A stretch of 64,000 bases of DNA from an uncultured delta proteobacterium. Its GTDB lineage: Bacteria; Desulfobacterota; Binatia; Binatales; Binataceae. Below the pieces are notes generated by a model. It was given only the letters and a program-made list of their open reading frames with translations, had not been told where the DNA came from and did not search any database. Numbering within the stretch: position 1 is the stretch's first letter; the number at the start of each line of letters is the position of its first letter. Position numbers and translations under genes: made by a program. This document shows, one piece after another, positions 19,027-28,679 of this stretch. Location: contig CAVQVD010000015.1 in the NCBI GenBank assembly GCA_963717045.1, positions 687,747 to 751,746 on the forward strand, in the 5' to 3' direction.

Positions 19027-19071
19027 CACGGCAAGGGGCGCCATCATCGCGTCCCGCAGGAGGCAACCGCT

Positions 19072-20142
19072 ATGTCACTTCTCACTGAACTCCCGATGTA
19101 TTGGATGGACGGCGCCGTGCGCGCACTCGACGGCAACCGTCGTGGATTGAGCGACCATTATCCGCTGAGCGAGGATCCGCCGGGGGTGACCCCGTATGAG
19201 ATTGTTCACGAGGGCGGAAAGGTCAGGCTGCGGCACTACGCCGCGCGCGGCAATGCCCATCGCACGCCACTGGTCTTCGTTTACGCACTAATCAAGCGTC
19301 CTTTCATACTGGATATGTTTCCAGGCCGCAGTGTGATGGCGAACCTGACCCGTCAGGGATTCGATGTTTACATGGTGGAATGGATTCCACCCGCGCGGGC
19401 TGACAGCTGGCGAGGATTCGACGCCTACGTGAACCAGGATCTCGGCGATACCATGCGCGCCGTTCAGCGCCTTACCGGCGAACCGAAAGTCAACCTGCTG
19501 GGCTATTGCTTCGGCGGTCTGCTGACAACCCTGTACGCGGCGCTCCATCCCGGAGATATCAAGAACCTGATCACTCTCACGACGCCCTTCGATACCGCGG
19601 TCGATGACAATCCGCTGTTCAATCTCGAGAGCAGATTCAGCGGCCAGACTGTCGACCTGATAACCTCGGTTTACGGCAACTGCCCGGCCTGGTTCATCAG
19701 AGGGCTGTTCACGGCGACCGCCGTCGTTCATCACGCAGTCGACAAGTACGTCGCGCTTTACCGAAACAAGGAGAAGGAGGACTACGCTGAATTCTTCGAC
19801 TTGTTCGAGCGCTGGATGTCCGGGGACGTGCCATTGGCCGGGCGCATATTCCGCGAGGTGACGCGCGATTTTTTCCAGAACAATCTGCTCAAGAAGGGCG
19901 AGTTCAAGGTCGGCGGCGAGCGCGTGGACTTGACCAACATCATCTGTCCGCTGCTCAATGCGATCGGCGAGTTCGATGACGTCGTGTACCCGGCCTCGAG
20001 CCTCCCGCTAATCGATTTCGTCGGAAGCGAGGACAAGCTCAACCTGACGTTCGCGGCGGGACACGTCGGGATGATCGTGAGCAGCGCGGCGCACAAGAAG
20101 TTTTGGCCGCAGGTCGGCGCGTGGCTCACCGAGCGCGACTGA
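19072..20142 (+). CDS. phaC: class III poly(3-hydroxyalkanoate) synthase subunit PhaC
   Basis: 356 aa; lipase-box GYCFGG; alpha/beta hydrolase pattern of 40-kDa PhaC. Confidence 0.85.
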   Translation: MSLLTELPMYWMDGAVRALDGNRRGLSDHYPLSEDPPGVTPYEIVHEGGKVRLRHYAARGNAHRTPLVFVYALIKRPFILDMFPGRSVMANLTRQGFDVYMVEWIPPARADSWRGFDAYVNQDLGDTMRAVQRLTGEPKVNLLGYCFGGLLTTLYAALHPGDIKNLITLTTPFDTAVDDNPLFNLESRFSGQTVDLITSVYGNCPAWFIRGLFTATAVVHHAVDKYVALYRNKEKEDYAEFFDLFERWMSGDVPLAGRIFREVTRDFFQNNLLKKGEFKVGGERVDLTNIICPLLNAIGEFDDVVYPASSLPLIDFVGSEDKLNLTFAAGHVGMIVSSAAHKKFWPQVGAWLTERD

Positions 20143-20203
20143 AGGCATGCAACTGTGAGTAGAGGGCAGAGTGATATCCCGACTGTGTATAGGGGGAAAG
20201 CAC

Positions 20204-20671
20204 ATGGCAACATTCGCCGCTTCTGAGACTGCGACGTATCAGTTCGATGATCGTAATATTCGATGGTACAAATTTGCGGATTTCGAGCACTTCGTCTTTG
20301 CCATGCTCGACATAGATGTGTCACAGAAGCTCGTCGATCTGATTCTCAAATTCGCGCCAAACAAGCAGATCTTTCTGCATCGACACCTGGCGCTCACCAA
20401 CACGTTGGTCGTCCAGGGTGAGCATCGTCTGTATGAACCCAATGGCGCTCTCAAGGAGGTTCGCCCCGTCGGGAGTTATACCTCCAGTCCTCCAGGGGAG
20501 CCGCATCGAGAGGGAGGAGGAGATGCAGGAGCTGTGGTGTTTTACAGCATTCGCGGAAAGGATGGCGCTTTATTCGAAGTGCTTGACGATGACCGGAAAG
20601 TCCTTGGTACGCTCGACATGAAGGATTTCATTGACGCGCTCAAGGAACAGAAGAACGCGCGGACTTCTTGA
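20204..20671 (+). CDS. cupin domain protein (metal-binding HxH...E...H motifs); locally low GC
   Basis: FLHRHLALTNTLVVQGEH and PPGEPHREG cupin motifs; about 52% GC versus about 65% neighbours. Confidence 0.5.
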   Translation: MATFAASETATYQFDDRNIRWYKFADFEHFVFAMLDIDVSQKLVDLILKFAPNKQIFLHRHLALTNTLVVQGEHRLYEPNGALKEVRPVGSYTSSPPGEPHREGGGDAGAVVFYSIRGKDGALFEVLDDDRKVLGTLDMKDFIDALKEQKNARTS

Positions 20672-20717
20672 CTTGGTATAGTATCGCGGGCGATCCCGAA
20701 AAAATTGGGACACAAGC

Positions 20718-22121
20718 CTAGAGCAGGGCGCGGCGCATATCGGAGAGTATCGCGCTCAAGTAAGTGACGAAACGCGCGGCGAGCGCGCCATCGATCACCC
20801 GGTGATCGTACGCGAGCGAGAGCGGCAGCATCAGGCGCGGAACGAAAGCGCCGTCGCGCCATACTGGTTTTCTCGCGAGCCGCGAGAGCCCGAGAATAGC
20901 CACTTCGGGCGCGTTGATAATCGGCGTGAACGCCGTGCCGCCAATTCCGCCCAAGCTCGACACGGTGAAGCATCCGCCTTGGATGTCGGTCAGCTTGAGC
21001 TTGCCCTCGCGCGCCGTCTGCGCGAGCGTCGCCGTCTCGCTCGCGATCTGTAGCACGCCCTTTTTGTCGACGTCGCGAATGACCGGCACCACCAGCCCCT
21101 CGGGCGTGTCGGCGGCAAAGCCCAGGTGGAAATACTTCTTGAGAATGAGATTGTCGCCGTCGAGCGAGGAGTTGAACTCAGGAAACTCGGTCAGCGCGCG
21201 GACCAGCGCCTTGAGCACGAACGCGAGCAGCGTGACGCGGATGCCGTCGGTCGCGTGTGACTCGCTAAGTTCGTGGCGCAAGGCCTCGAGCTCGGTCACG
21301 TCCGCCTCATCGAACTGGGTGACGTGAGGGATCATCACCCAGTTGCGCGCCAGGTTCGCCTTCGAGGCACGGCGGATGCGCGATAGTGGGCGCGTCTCGA
21401 TCTCGCCGAATTTGGCGAAGTCGATCTTTGGCCAAGGCGGCAGATCCAAAGCGACGCCCGCGCCGGCTCCATTCCCGCGGGCAGGACCTGCGAGCGTTGA
21501 CTTCACGAATCTCTGCACATCGCTTCGAAAGATTCGTCCGTTCAAGCCGGTGCCCGAGACGGCATGCAAATCGACTCCGAGTTCCCGAGCAAATTTGCGC
21601 ACAGACGGACTCGCGTGAGGCTTGTGTTCGGTCTCCGACTCGGGCGCCGGACGCAGGCCCGGTTCGGGCCGCGCCGGCGGACGGGGCGTGGCGGATTTGT
21701 CCGGCGCTGATAAACCATCGGCCGCGGCCGCTGGCGGCTGGACCACGGCGGAAGACCTTCTATTTGTCGACTTGGCCGTCTCGGCGCCAGCTGGCGCTGG
21801 TTTGGCCGCAGCGGGCGCTGCTGCCTCGACGGGCTTGGCGGCGGCAGGGGACTCCGGAGTCGCAGGTTTTCCCGCAGGCGTTGCGGTTTCGATCACGACG
21901 ATTGGCGAGCCCTCCGAAACCTTATCGCCGACCTTGACCCGGATCTCCTTGACCACGCCGGCTTCTGTAGAGGGCACTTCCATCGAGGCCTTGTCGGACT
22001 CGATAGTGACGAGCGAGTCGTCGACCCGGACCGGGTCGCCCGGCTTGACCATCACTTCGATGACTTCGACGTCGGAGAACTCGCCGATGTCGGGAATCTT
22101 GATATCGACCAGCGCGCCCAT
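20718..22121 (-). CDS. aceF: pyruvate dehydrogenase complex E2, dihydrolipoyllysine-residue acetyltransferase
   Basis: Single lipoyl domain (IESDKASMEVPS), Ala/Pro linker, E3-binding domain, catalytic DHRVIDG; start 4 nt after E1 stop. Confidence 0.85.
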   Translation of the reverse strand: MGALVDIKIPDIGEFSDVEVIEVMVKPGDPVRVDDSLVTIESDKASMEVPSTEAGVVKEIRVKVGDKVSEGSPIVVIETATPAGKPATPESPAAAKPVEAAAPAAAKPAPAGAETAKSTNRRSSAVVQPPAAAADGLSAPDKSATPRPPARPEPGLRPAPESETEHKPHASPSVRKFARELGVDLHAVSGTGLNGRIFRSDVQRFVKSTLAGPARGNGAGAGVALDLPPWPKIDFAKFGEIETRPLSRIRRASKANLARNWVMIPHVTQFDEADVTELEALRHELSESHATDGIRVTLLAFVLKALVRALTEFPEFNSSLDGDNLILKKYFHLGFAADTPEGLVVPVIRDVDKKGVLQIASETATLAQTAREGKLKLTDIQGGCFTVSSLGGIGGTAFTPIINAPEVAILGLSRLARKPVWRDGAFVPRLMLPLSLAYDHRVIDGALAARFVTYLSAILSDMRRALL

Positions 22122-22125
22122 CGCA

Positions 22126-24786
22126 TCACACCGTCGCGGGGTTCGGCTTTTCCGGATCGATGCCGTACTTTTTAATCGCAGCATCGACTTTGGAGGCGGG
22201 AACCTGCTCTTCTTCGGCGAGCGCCTTGAGCGCTGCGAGCGCGATGTAATGCCGGTCGATCTCGAAGAAGCTGCGCAGACGGGCGCGATAGTCACTGCGG
22301 CCGTAGCCGTCGGTGCCGAGCACACGATAACGGCGTGGCACGTATGGACGAATCTGATCCGCGAAGGTCCGCATATAGTCAGTCGCCGCCACCACCGGCC
22401 CGGGCCGATCGGCGAGGCAGGTCTCGACGTAGCTCCGTCGCTGGGGCGCGGTGGGGTGCAGCAGATTCCAGCGCTCGGTCTCGATTCCGTCGCGTCTTAA
22501 CTCGGTGAAGCTCGGCACGCTCCAGACATCGGAGACAACGCCGAAGTCGTCTCTCAGTAGATCGGCCGCGGCTATAGCCTCGCGCAGGATGGTTCCCGAA
22601 CCGAGTAACTGCACGCGCGGCCCCTTGCCGTTGCTGCCGCCGTTGGTCAACGGGTACATGCCCTTGAGAATACCTTGCTCCGCACCCTCGGGCATCGCGG
22701 GATGGACGTAATTCTCATTCATCAGAGTGATGTAGTAAAAGACGTCCTCTTGCTCGGCCAGCATCCGCCCCAGACCGTCGTGAATGATTACCGCAAGCTC
22801 GTAAGCGAAGGTCGGATCATAGGCGACGCAATTCGGGACCGTCGAAGCGAGGACGTGACTATGGCCGTCTGCGTGCTGCAGCCCTTCGCCATTGAGCGTG
22901 GTGCGGCCGGAAGTTCCCCCGAGGAGAAAGCCGCGGCATCGCGAGTCGCCGGCGGCCCAGGCCAGGTCGCCAACGCGTTGAAACCCGAACATCGAATAGA
23001 AGATGTAGAAAGGAATCATCGGTAGATTATGGGTACTGTATGAAGTGGCCGCGGCTATCCAGGACGACATCGCGCCCGCCTCGTTGATTCCCTCCTGAAG
23101 AATTTGGCCGTGCTGGTACTCGCGGTAGAACATCAACTGGCCGGCGTCCTCGGGCTTGTAGAGCTGGCCGACCTGCGAGAATATCCCGAGCTGACGGAAC
23201 ATCCCCTCCATGCCAAAAGTGCGCGACTCGTCGGGGACGATTGGTACGACGCGGTTGCCGATGTTCTTATCGCGCACCAGGGCGGAAAGAATCCGCACGA
23301 AGGCCATCGTGGTCGAGACCTCGCGATCGCCGGTGCCTTTGAGCTGCGAGTCGAAGGCCGCCAACAGCGGCACCTGAAGCGGCTGCGAAGTGCGCCGGCG
23401 CTGCGGGAGACTGCCACCCAACGCTTTGCGACGCTCGCGCAGATACTGAATCTCGATGCTGTCTTCGGGCGGGCGATATAGCGGCACGTCGGCAATCTGG
23501 TCGTCCGGCACCGGGATTTTGAAGCGGTCCCGAAAGGCCTTGAGCTCCTCGAGCCCCATCTTCTTCTGCTGATGGGTGATATTCATGCCCTCGCCAGCGG
23601 CGCCCATCCCATAGCCCTTGATGGTTTTGGCGAGGATGACGGTAGGCTGATTGCGTTGGCTGACGGCGGCGGAGTACGCAGCGTAAACCTTGATTGGATC
23701 GTGGCCGCCGCGGCGGAGCTGCCAGATTTCGTCGTCGGTCATGCCCGAGACCATCTCGAGCAACTCCGGATACTTGGCGAAGAATTCCTTGCGCACGTAA
23801 GCGCCGTCGCGCGACTTGAAAGCCTGGTATTCGCCGTCGACGCATTCCTCCATCCGCTTGCGCAGCAAGCCCAGCTTGTCGCGCGCGAGCAATGCGTCCC
23901 AGTTGCTGCCCCAGATGACCTTGATGACGTTCCATCCGGCGCCCCGGAAGTCGGACTCGAGTTCCTGAATAATCTTGCCGTTGCCGCGCACCGGACCGTC
24001 GAGCCGCTGCAGGTTGCAGTTGACGACGAAGATCAGATTATCGAGCTTTTCGCGCGAAGCGAGCGCGATCGCCCCGAGCGACTCCGGCTCGTCCATCTCG
24101 CCGTCACCCATGAAGGCCCATACCTTCCGGTCACCCATCCCGCCAAGGCCCCGGCCCTCGAGGTACTTCATGAAGCGCGCCTGATAGATCGCCATGATCG
24201 GCCCGAGGCCCATCGACACGGTCGGGAACTGCCAGAAATCCGGCATCAGCCAGGGATGCGGATAGGACGAGAGTCCATGGCCGTCGACTTCGCGCCGGAA
24301 GTTGAGCATCTGCTGCTCGGTCAGGCGTCCTTCGACGAATGCGCGCGCGTAAATTCCGGGGGAGGAGTGTCCCTGAATGTAGATGATGTCGCCACCGTGA
24401 CCCTCGGCGGGTGCGCGCCAGAAATGTCCGAAGCCGATGTCGTAGAGGGTCGCGGCGGACTGGAAGCTTGCGATATGACCGCCGAGCTCGGAGTGAGGCT
24501 GGTTTGCCCGCACCACCATCGCGAGCGCGTTCCAGCGAATAATCGAGCTGATGCGACGCTCGATCTCGCGGTCGCCGGGGTAATGCGGCTGACGATCGGC
24601 GGGGATCGTGTTGAGATACGGCGTGTTCGCGTTGTAAGGCAGATACGTGCCGCGCAGGCGCGCCGTGGTAATCAGTTGCTCGAGCAGATAATGAGCCCGA
24701 TCGACACCCTCGGCGTCAATCACAGCCTCCAGCGAATCGAGCCATTCGCGGGTCTCCTCGGGGTCTATGTCCTGAATCGTTTCCAT
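22126..24786 (-). CDS. aceE: pyruvate dehydrogenase E1 component, homodimeric type
   Basis: 886 aa, typical AceE length and N-terminal METIQDIDPEETREWLDSL. Confidence 0.9.
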   Translation of the reverse strand: METIQDIDPEETREWLDSLEAVIDAEGVDRAHYLLEQLITTARLRGTYLPYNANTPYLNTIPADRQPHYPGDREIERRISSIIRWNALAMVVRANQPHSELGGHIASFQSAATLYDIGFGHFWRAPAEGHGGDIIYIQGHSSPGIYARAFVEGRLTEQQMLNFRREVDGHGLSSYPHPWLMPDFWQFPTVSMGLGPIMAIYQARFMKYLEGRGLGGMGDRKVWAFMGDGEMDEPESLGAIALASREKLDNLIFVVNCNLQRLDGPVRGNGKIIQELESDFRGAGWNVIKVIWGSNWDALLARDKLGLLRKRMEECVDGEYQAFKSRDGAYVRKEFFAKYPELLEMVSGMTDDEIWQLRRGGHDPIKVYAAYSAAVSQRNQPTVILAKTIKGYGMGAAGEGMNITHQQKKMGLEELKAFRDRFKIPVPDDQIADVPLYRPPEDSIEIQYLRERRKALGGSLPQRRRTSQPLQVPLLAAFDSQLKGTGDREVSTTMAFVRILSALVRDKNIGNRVVPIVPDESRTFGMEGMFRQLGIFSQVGQLYKPEDAGQLMFYREYQHGQILQEGINEAGAMSSWIAAATSYSTHNLPMIPFYIFYSMFGFQRVGDLAWAAGDSRCRGFLLGGTSGRTTLNGEGLQHADGHSHVLASTVPNCVAYDPTFAYELAVIIHDGLGRMLAEQEDVFYYITLMNENYVHPAMPEGAEQGILKGMYPLTNGGSNGKGPRVQLLGSGTILREAIAAADLLRDDFGVVSDVWSVPSFTELRRDGIETERWNLLHPTAPQRRSYVETCLADRPGPVVAATDYMRTFADQIRPYVPRRYRVLGTDGYGRSDYRARLRSFFEIDRHYIALAALKALAEEEQVPASKVDAAIKKYGIDPEKPNPATV

Positions 24787-25070
24787 CAGACCTTTTCCTG
24801 TGGTTGGGCCTGTTGCTTGCCCTGGGTTTTTAGCGCTGGTCTGGAAGTGCGCCTGCAGCCGCTCTCCTTAAAGCTACATTTTGCGCCGACCATGGCGAAA
24901 GTGCATCCTACGTCGGGCATCTTTTCCCACTGGACGGCTGCCTGTTGGGCCTGGAGCCCCAGCTTTCCGAGCGCGGGCGAAAAGGCGGCGGCCGCCATGA
25001 GCGATCAGCCCTAGCCAGCAGTTCTGTTGACGCGGGCGGATGCTTCGCGTTATCGCCTTGGTTGAAACCT

Positions 25071-26375
25071 ATGCACGACGCGACCTCGCGATGGGATCAC
25101 CTGGTGCAGGAGGGGCGAGTGCATCGCTCGCTCTACACCGACGCCTCGATCTTCGCCGAGGAGATGACCCGGATTTTCGGCGGTACCTGGGTTTATCTCG
25201 GCCACGAGAGCGAAATCAGCAAGCCCAACGATTTCGTCACCCGCAATCTCGGCCTGCGGCCGATTATCCTGACCCGCGATGGCAGCGGCAAAATCAACGC
25301 GCTGATGAACCGCTGCTCGCATCGCGCAGCGACGGTGTGCCGCGCGCGTGAGGGTTCGGCGCGCTATTTCACCTGCGGCTATCACGGATGGACCTACAGC
25401 AATAGCGGCGAGTGCGTCTCCGTGCCGGGCGAGGACGCATACGGGCCCGATTTTCGGATCGCCGACTATAACCTCGCAAGGATTGCTCGCGTAGAGATTT
25501 ACCGGGGATTCATTTTCGGCACTCTGAACCGCGAGGCGCCGGCCCTGGTCGAGCACCTGGGCGCGGCGCGCCCGCTGATCGATCAGTGGCTGGATCGCTA
25601 TCCGGGGGCGGAGGTGGTTGTACGCAGCTCCGCTCAACGGATGGTCATGGGCGCTAACTGGAAACTGGTATACGACAATGCGGGCGACGGCTATCATCCG
25701 CCGTTCTCACATCGTTCGTTACTGCTGATGACCGCGCGTCGCCACGGACCCGACCGCGACATGTCGTACTACGGAACGAGCGCGCCCGACGATTGCGCTA
25801 TGTATACGCAGGCGCTCGGCAACGGCCATACTTTTATCGATCAGCGGCCCGAAATGCATGCGGGTTCGGCCTGGGAGCGGCAGCGGCCGCAGCCGGGGCG
25901 GGAGACCTACGAGGCGCAACTTCGCCGGCGCCTCGGCGATGAGGAGGCGAAACGGCTGCTGGAGGTCGCGGTCGGATCGGGGATGAACCTCAACGTCTTT
26001 CCCAACCTGCTCATCATCGGCAACCAGATTCAGGTGGTCGAGCCGCTAGCGGTCGACCGGGTTCAGGTGACATGGTATGCGACCACGCTCGAAGGAGTGC
26101 CGGACGAGATCAACCTGCTGCGAATGCGCACGCAGGAGGATTTCCCCAATTTCGGCGAGGTCGATGACTGCGCGAATTTCGAGGCCTGTCAGCAGGGTAT
26201 GGCGATTCCGGAGCTCGAGTGGATCGATATCAGCCGCCATCTTCGCACCGGCGTCGAGCGGACCGACGCCCAAGGCGTCATCACCGGACCGATAAGCGAC
26301 GATCTCCATTTCCGCGCCTACTACAAAGAGTGGAAGCGGCTGATGAGCGCGGAGCTGAAGCTTACGGTGGGATAG
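25071..26375 (+). CDS. Rieske non-haem iron ring-hydroxylating oxygenase, alpha subunit
   Basis: Rieske CSHRAATVC...CGYHGW; mononuclear Fe block; start chosen at ATG 25071 (MHDATSRWDHLV). Confidence 0.85.
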   Translation: MHDATSRWDHLVQEGRVHRSLYTDASIFAEEMTRIFGGTWVYLGHESEISKPNDFVTRNLGLRPIILTRDGSGKINALMNRCSHRAATVCRAREGSARYFTCGYHGWTYSNSGECVSVPGEDAYGPDFRIADYNLARIARVEIYRGFIFGTLNREAPALVEHLGAARPLIDQWLDRYPGAEVVVRSSAQRMVMGANWKLVYDNAGDGYHPPFSHRSLLLMTARRHGPDRDMSYYGTSAPDDCAMYTQALGNGHTFIDQRPEMHAGSAWERQRPQPGRETYEAQLRRRLGDEEAKRLLEVAVGSGMNLNVFPNLLIIGNQIQVVEPLAVDRVQVTWYATTLEGVPDEINLLRMRTQEDFPNFGEVDDCANFEACQQGMAIPELEWIDISRHLRTGVERTDAQGVITGPISDDLHFRAYYKEWKRLMSAELKLTVG

Positions 26376-26388
26376 GAGACCGGAGTTC

Positions 26389-26970
26389 GTGACCAGGGAC
26401 GACTCGACCGCTGGGGAGCCCTCGCTCTATGTGAATGACGCGCTGTACGAGAGGCTGATGTCGCTTGATCGTCTGTGGAAGCAGCCTGGCGAGCCGCCGG
26501 CGCGGGAGCTCGAGGAGTATTGCGAGCGTCTGATCAAGCGCGAAGCCCGGCTGCTCGACGACGGTGAGTTCGAGCGCTGGCTCGAACTGTTCAGCCGCGA
26601 ATGTATCTATTGGATACCGCTTGGGCGGGGCAACGATCCCCGGCGCGAGGTGACGATCGAGTTTCACGATCGGCGGCGGCTGGTGGATCGGGTCGCGCGG
26701 CTGCGCACCGGGAGCGCCTATTCGCAAATTCCGCCCACCCGCACCTGTCATCTTCTGAGCAATCTGGAGATTTTCCCGAGCGGCGCGGACGAACTCGCGG
26801 CCCGGGCGAATTTTACGATTCACACCTACCGGTGCGGCGTTCGTCGTACGCTGGCTGGCTGGTGCGGGTACCTTTTTGTCAAAGAGGGCGGTGGCTGGAA
26901 GATTGCGCTGAAACAAATCAACCTGATCGACGCCGACGAGGGCCAGGAGAACAACTCCTTTTTCCTGTGA
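26389..26970 (+). CDS. ring-hydroxylating oxygenase beta subunit (NTF2/SnoaL-like)
   Basis: About 190 aa, immediately downstream of alpha subunit, beta-subunit-like pattern. Confidence 0.75.
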   Translation: MTRDDSTAGEPSLYVNDALYERLMSLDRLWKQPGEPPARELEEYCERLIKREARLLDDGEFERWLELFSRECIYWIPLGRGNDPRREVTIEFHDRRRLVDRVARLRTGSAYSQIPPTRTCHLLSNLEIFPSGADELAARANFTIHTYRCGVRRTLAGWCGYLFVKEGGGWKIALKQINLIDADEGQENNSFFL

Positions 26971-27045
26971 CGCCGCGGTCCGTTGCGGCCGCGCCTGCCG
27001 TTCTCCGACGTCGAGCCGGGACGTGCGGCGATAGCGGGGTGACAA

Positions 27046-28527
27046 TTGGCTGGATCGGATGAGAAGCAACCGTCGGGCCTCTCGCGCCCAGAATTCGTCG
27101 AGCGCCATGGCCTTTGGACGCTAGCGCAAAAAGAGCGTGTTCAGGGGGTTCGCGACACGATCGAGCGTCACCGGATAACCTCGGTGCGGGTCGTATTCGC
27201 CGACCAGCACGGAATCGCGCGCGGCAAAACGCTGACTGCGCGAAACTTTCTGGCCGCCCTCGAACGTGGCCACGCCGTGGTAAGCACGCTGTTCGCGTTC
27301 GATACCTCAAATCATGTCGCCTTCCCGGTTTTCACCGGCCAGGGCGGTCTGCCGCTCGCTGGGGCCGGCGGTTCCGGCGACCTTCTGATGGTTCCTGACC
27401 CGGAGACCTTTCGCGTGCTGCCATGGGTTCCCGCCACGGCCTGGGTGTTGTGCGACCTGTACCTGCCGGACGGCGCGCCGGTGCCTATCGCGCCCCGTTA
27501 CATCTATCGGCGGGCGCTCGAAGAGCTGAAGCGCAAGGGCTACGGATCGATGGTGGGTCTCGAAGTCGAGTTCTATGTGATGAAGCTCGAGGACGCCTGT
27601 CTGCGTCCCGAGCAGTCCGGACAGCCGCCGGATCCGCCGCAGGTCAATTTGCTGTCTCACGGCTTCCAGCATCTGGCCGAGCAGAAGATCGACGAGATGC
27701 AGCCGATACTCGAAACCTTGCGCGAAAATCTGGAGGCGCTTGGTCTTCCGATTCGCAGTCTCGAGACCGAATGGGGCCCGAGCCAATGTGAAGTCACTTT
27801 CGAGCCCGAAACGGGGCTACGACCCGCCGATGACATGCTCCTGTTCAGGAGCGCGGTGAAGCAGATCTGTCGGCGCCACGGATACCATGCGACATTCATG
27901 TGCTGGCCGGCGCTGCAGAACGTCTATGCGAGCGGCTGGCATCTGCATCAATCGCTGTACTCGCTGGCGACCGGCGAAAACGCGTTTGTGGCGCCCGACT
28001 CCTCGCAACTGCTATCGGCTACCGGCCGCGATTTCGTCGGTGGACTGCTGCATCATGCGGCAGCAAGTTGCGTCTTCAGTAACCCGACGATCAACGGCTA
28101 CAAGCGGCTGCGTCCCAACTCTCTCGCGCCACATCGGGCCAACTGGGCCACGGAGAATCGAGGCGCGATGATTCGCGTAATCGGCAGTCCGACGGACCCT
28201 GGCACGCATCTTGAGAACAGGATTGGAGAACCTGCCGCCAATCCATACCTGTACCTGGCGGCAAACCTGATCGCGGGTATGGATGGGGTCGAGAAGCGGA
28301 TCGATCCGGGCCCTCCGACCAGCGATCCCTATGCCGACGCCGACCGCGCGGTACTGCCGCGGTCGCTGATGGATGCGGTGGGCGCGCTCAAACATAGTGC
28401 GCTGTTTCGGGAGAAGATGGGCAACGATTTCATCGACTACCTGGTAGCGCTGAAGGAATTCGAGATTTCGCGTTTCCTTTCGTTCGTTACCGACTGGGAG
28501 CACCGCGAGTACTTCGAGATGTTTTGA
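27046..28527 (+). CDS. glutamine synthetase-like gamma-glutamyl-amine ligase family protein (GmaS/PuuA/AtdA1/IpuC-type)
   Basis: GS catalytic domain blocks (GLEVEFYV, EYGPSQCE, NGYKRLRP); paralog of 57883-59322. Confidence 0.8.
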   Translation: MAGSDEKQPSGLSRPEFVERHGLWTLAQKERVQGVRDTIERHRITSVRVVFADQHGIARGKTLTARNFLAALERGHAVVSTLFAFDTSNHVAFPVFTGQGGLPLAGAGGSGDLLMVPDPETFRVLPWVPATAWVLCDLYLPDGAPVPIAPRYIYRRALEELKRKGYGSMVGLEVEFYVMKLEDACLRPEQSGQPPDPPQVNLLSHGFQHLAEQKIDEMQPILETLRENLEALGLPIRSLETEWGPSQCEVTFEPETGLRPADDMLLFRSAVKQICRRHGYHATFMCWPALQNVYASGWHLHQSLYSLATGENAFVAPDSSQLLSATGRDFVGGLLHHAAASCVFSNPTINGYKRLRPNSLAPHRANWATENRGAMIRVIGSPTDPGTHLENRIGEPAANPYLYLAANLIAGMDGVEKRIDPGPPTSDPYADADRAVLPRSLMDAVGALKHSALFREKMGNDFIDYLVALKEFEISRFLSFVTDWEHREYFEMF

Positions 28528-28679
28528 AGGCCGTCGGCTGTGCCGTTAATAACTGGATCCGCAGGCGGCTGTAGCGATCTCTGTTCGGCGGGTGGTGTCG
28601 ATGCTATATGGAATTCGCCTGGTCGTTTTCGAATCGGTGGAAAAGTGGATTTCCGCAGAGGGTAAGGAGGCTGCGTTAA

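Noticed and set aside
21622-25014. Long plus-strand ORFs (292 aa and 480 aa) antisense to aceF and aceE
   Set aside because: Embedded within the PDH E1 and E2 genes on the other strand, with compositionally biased translations.
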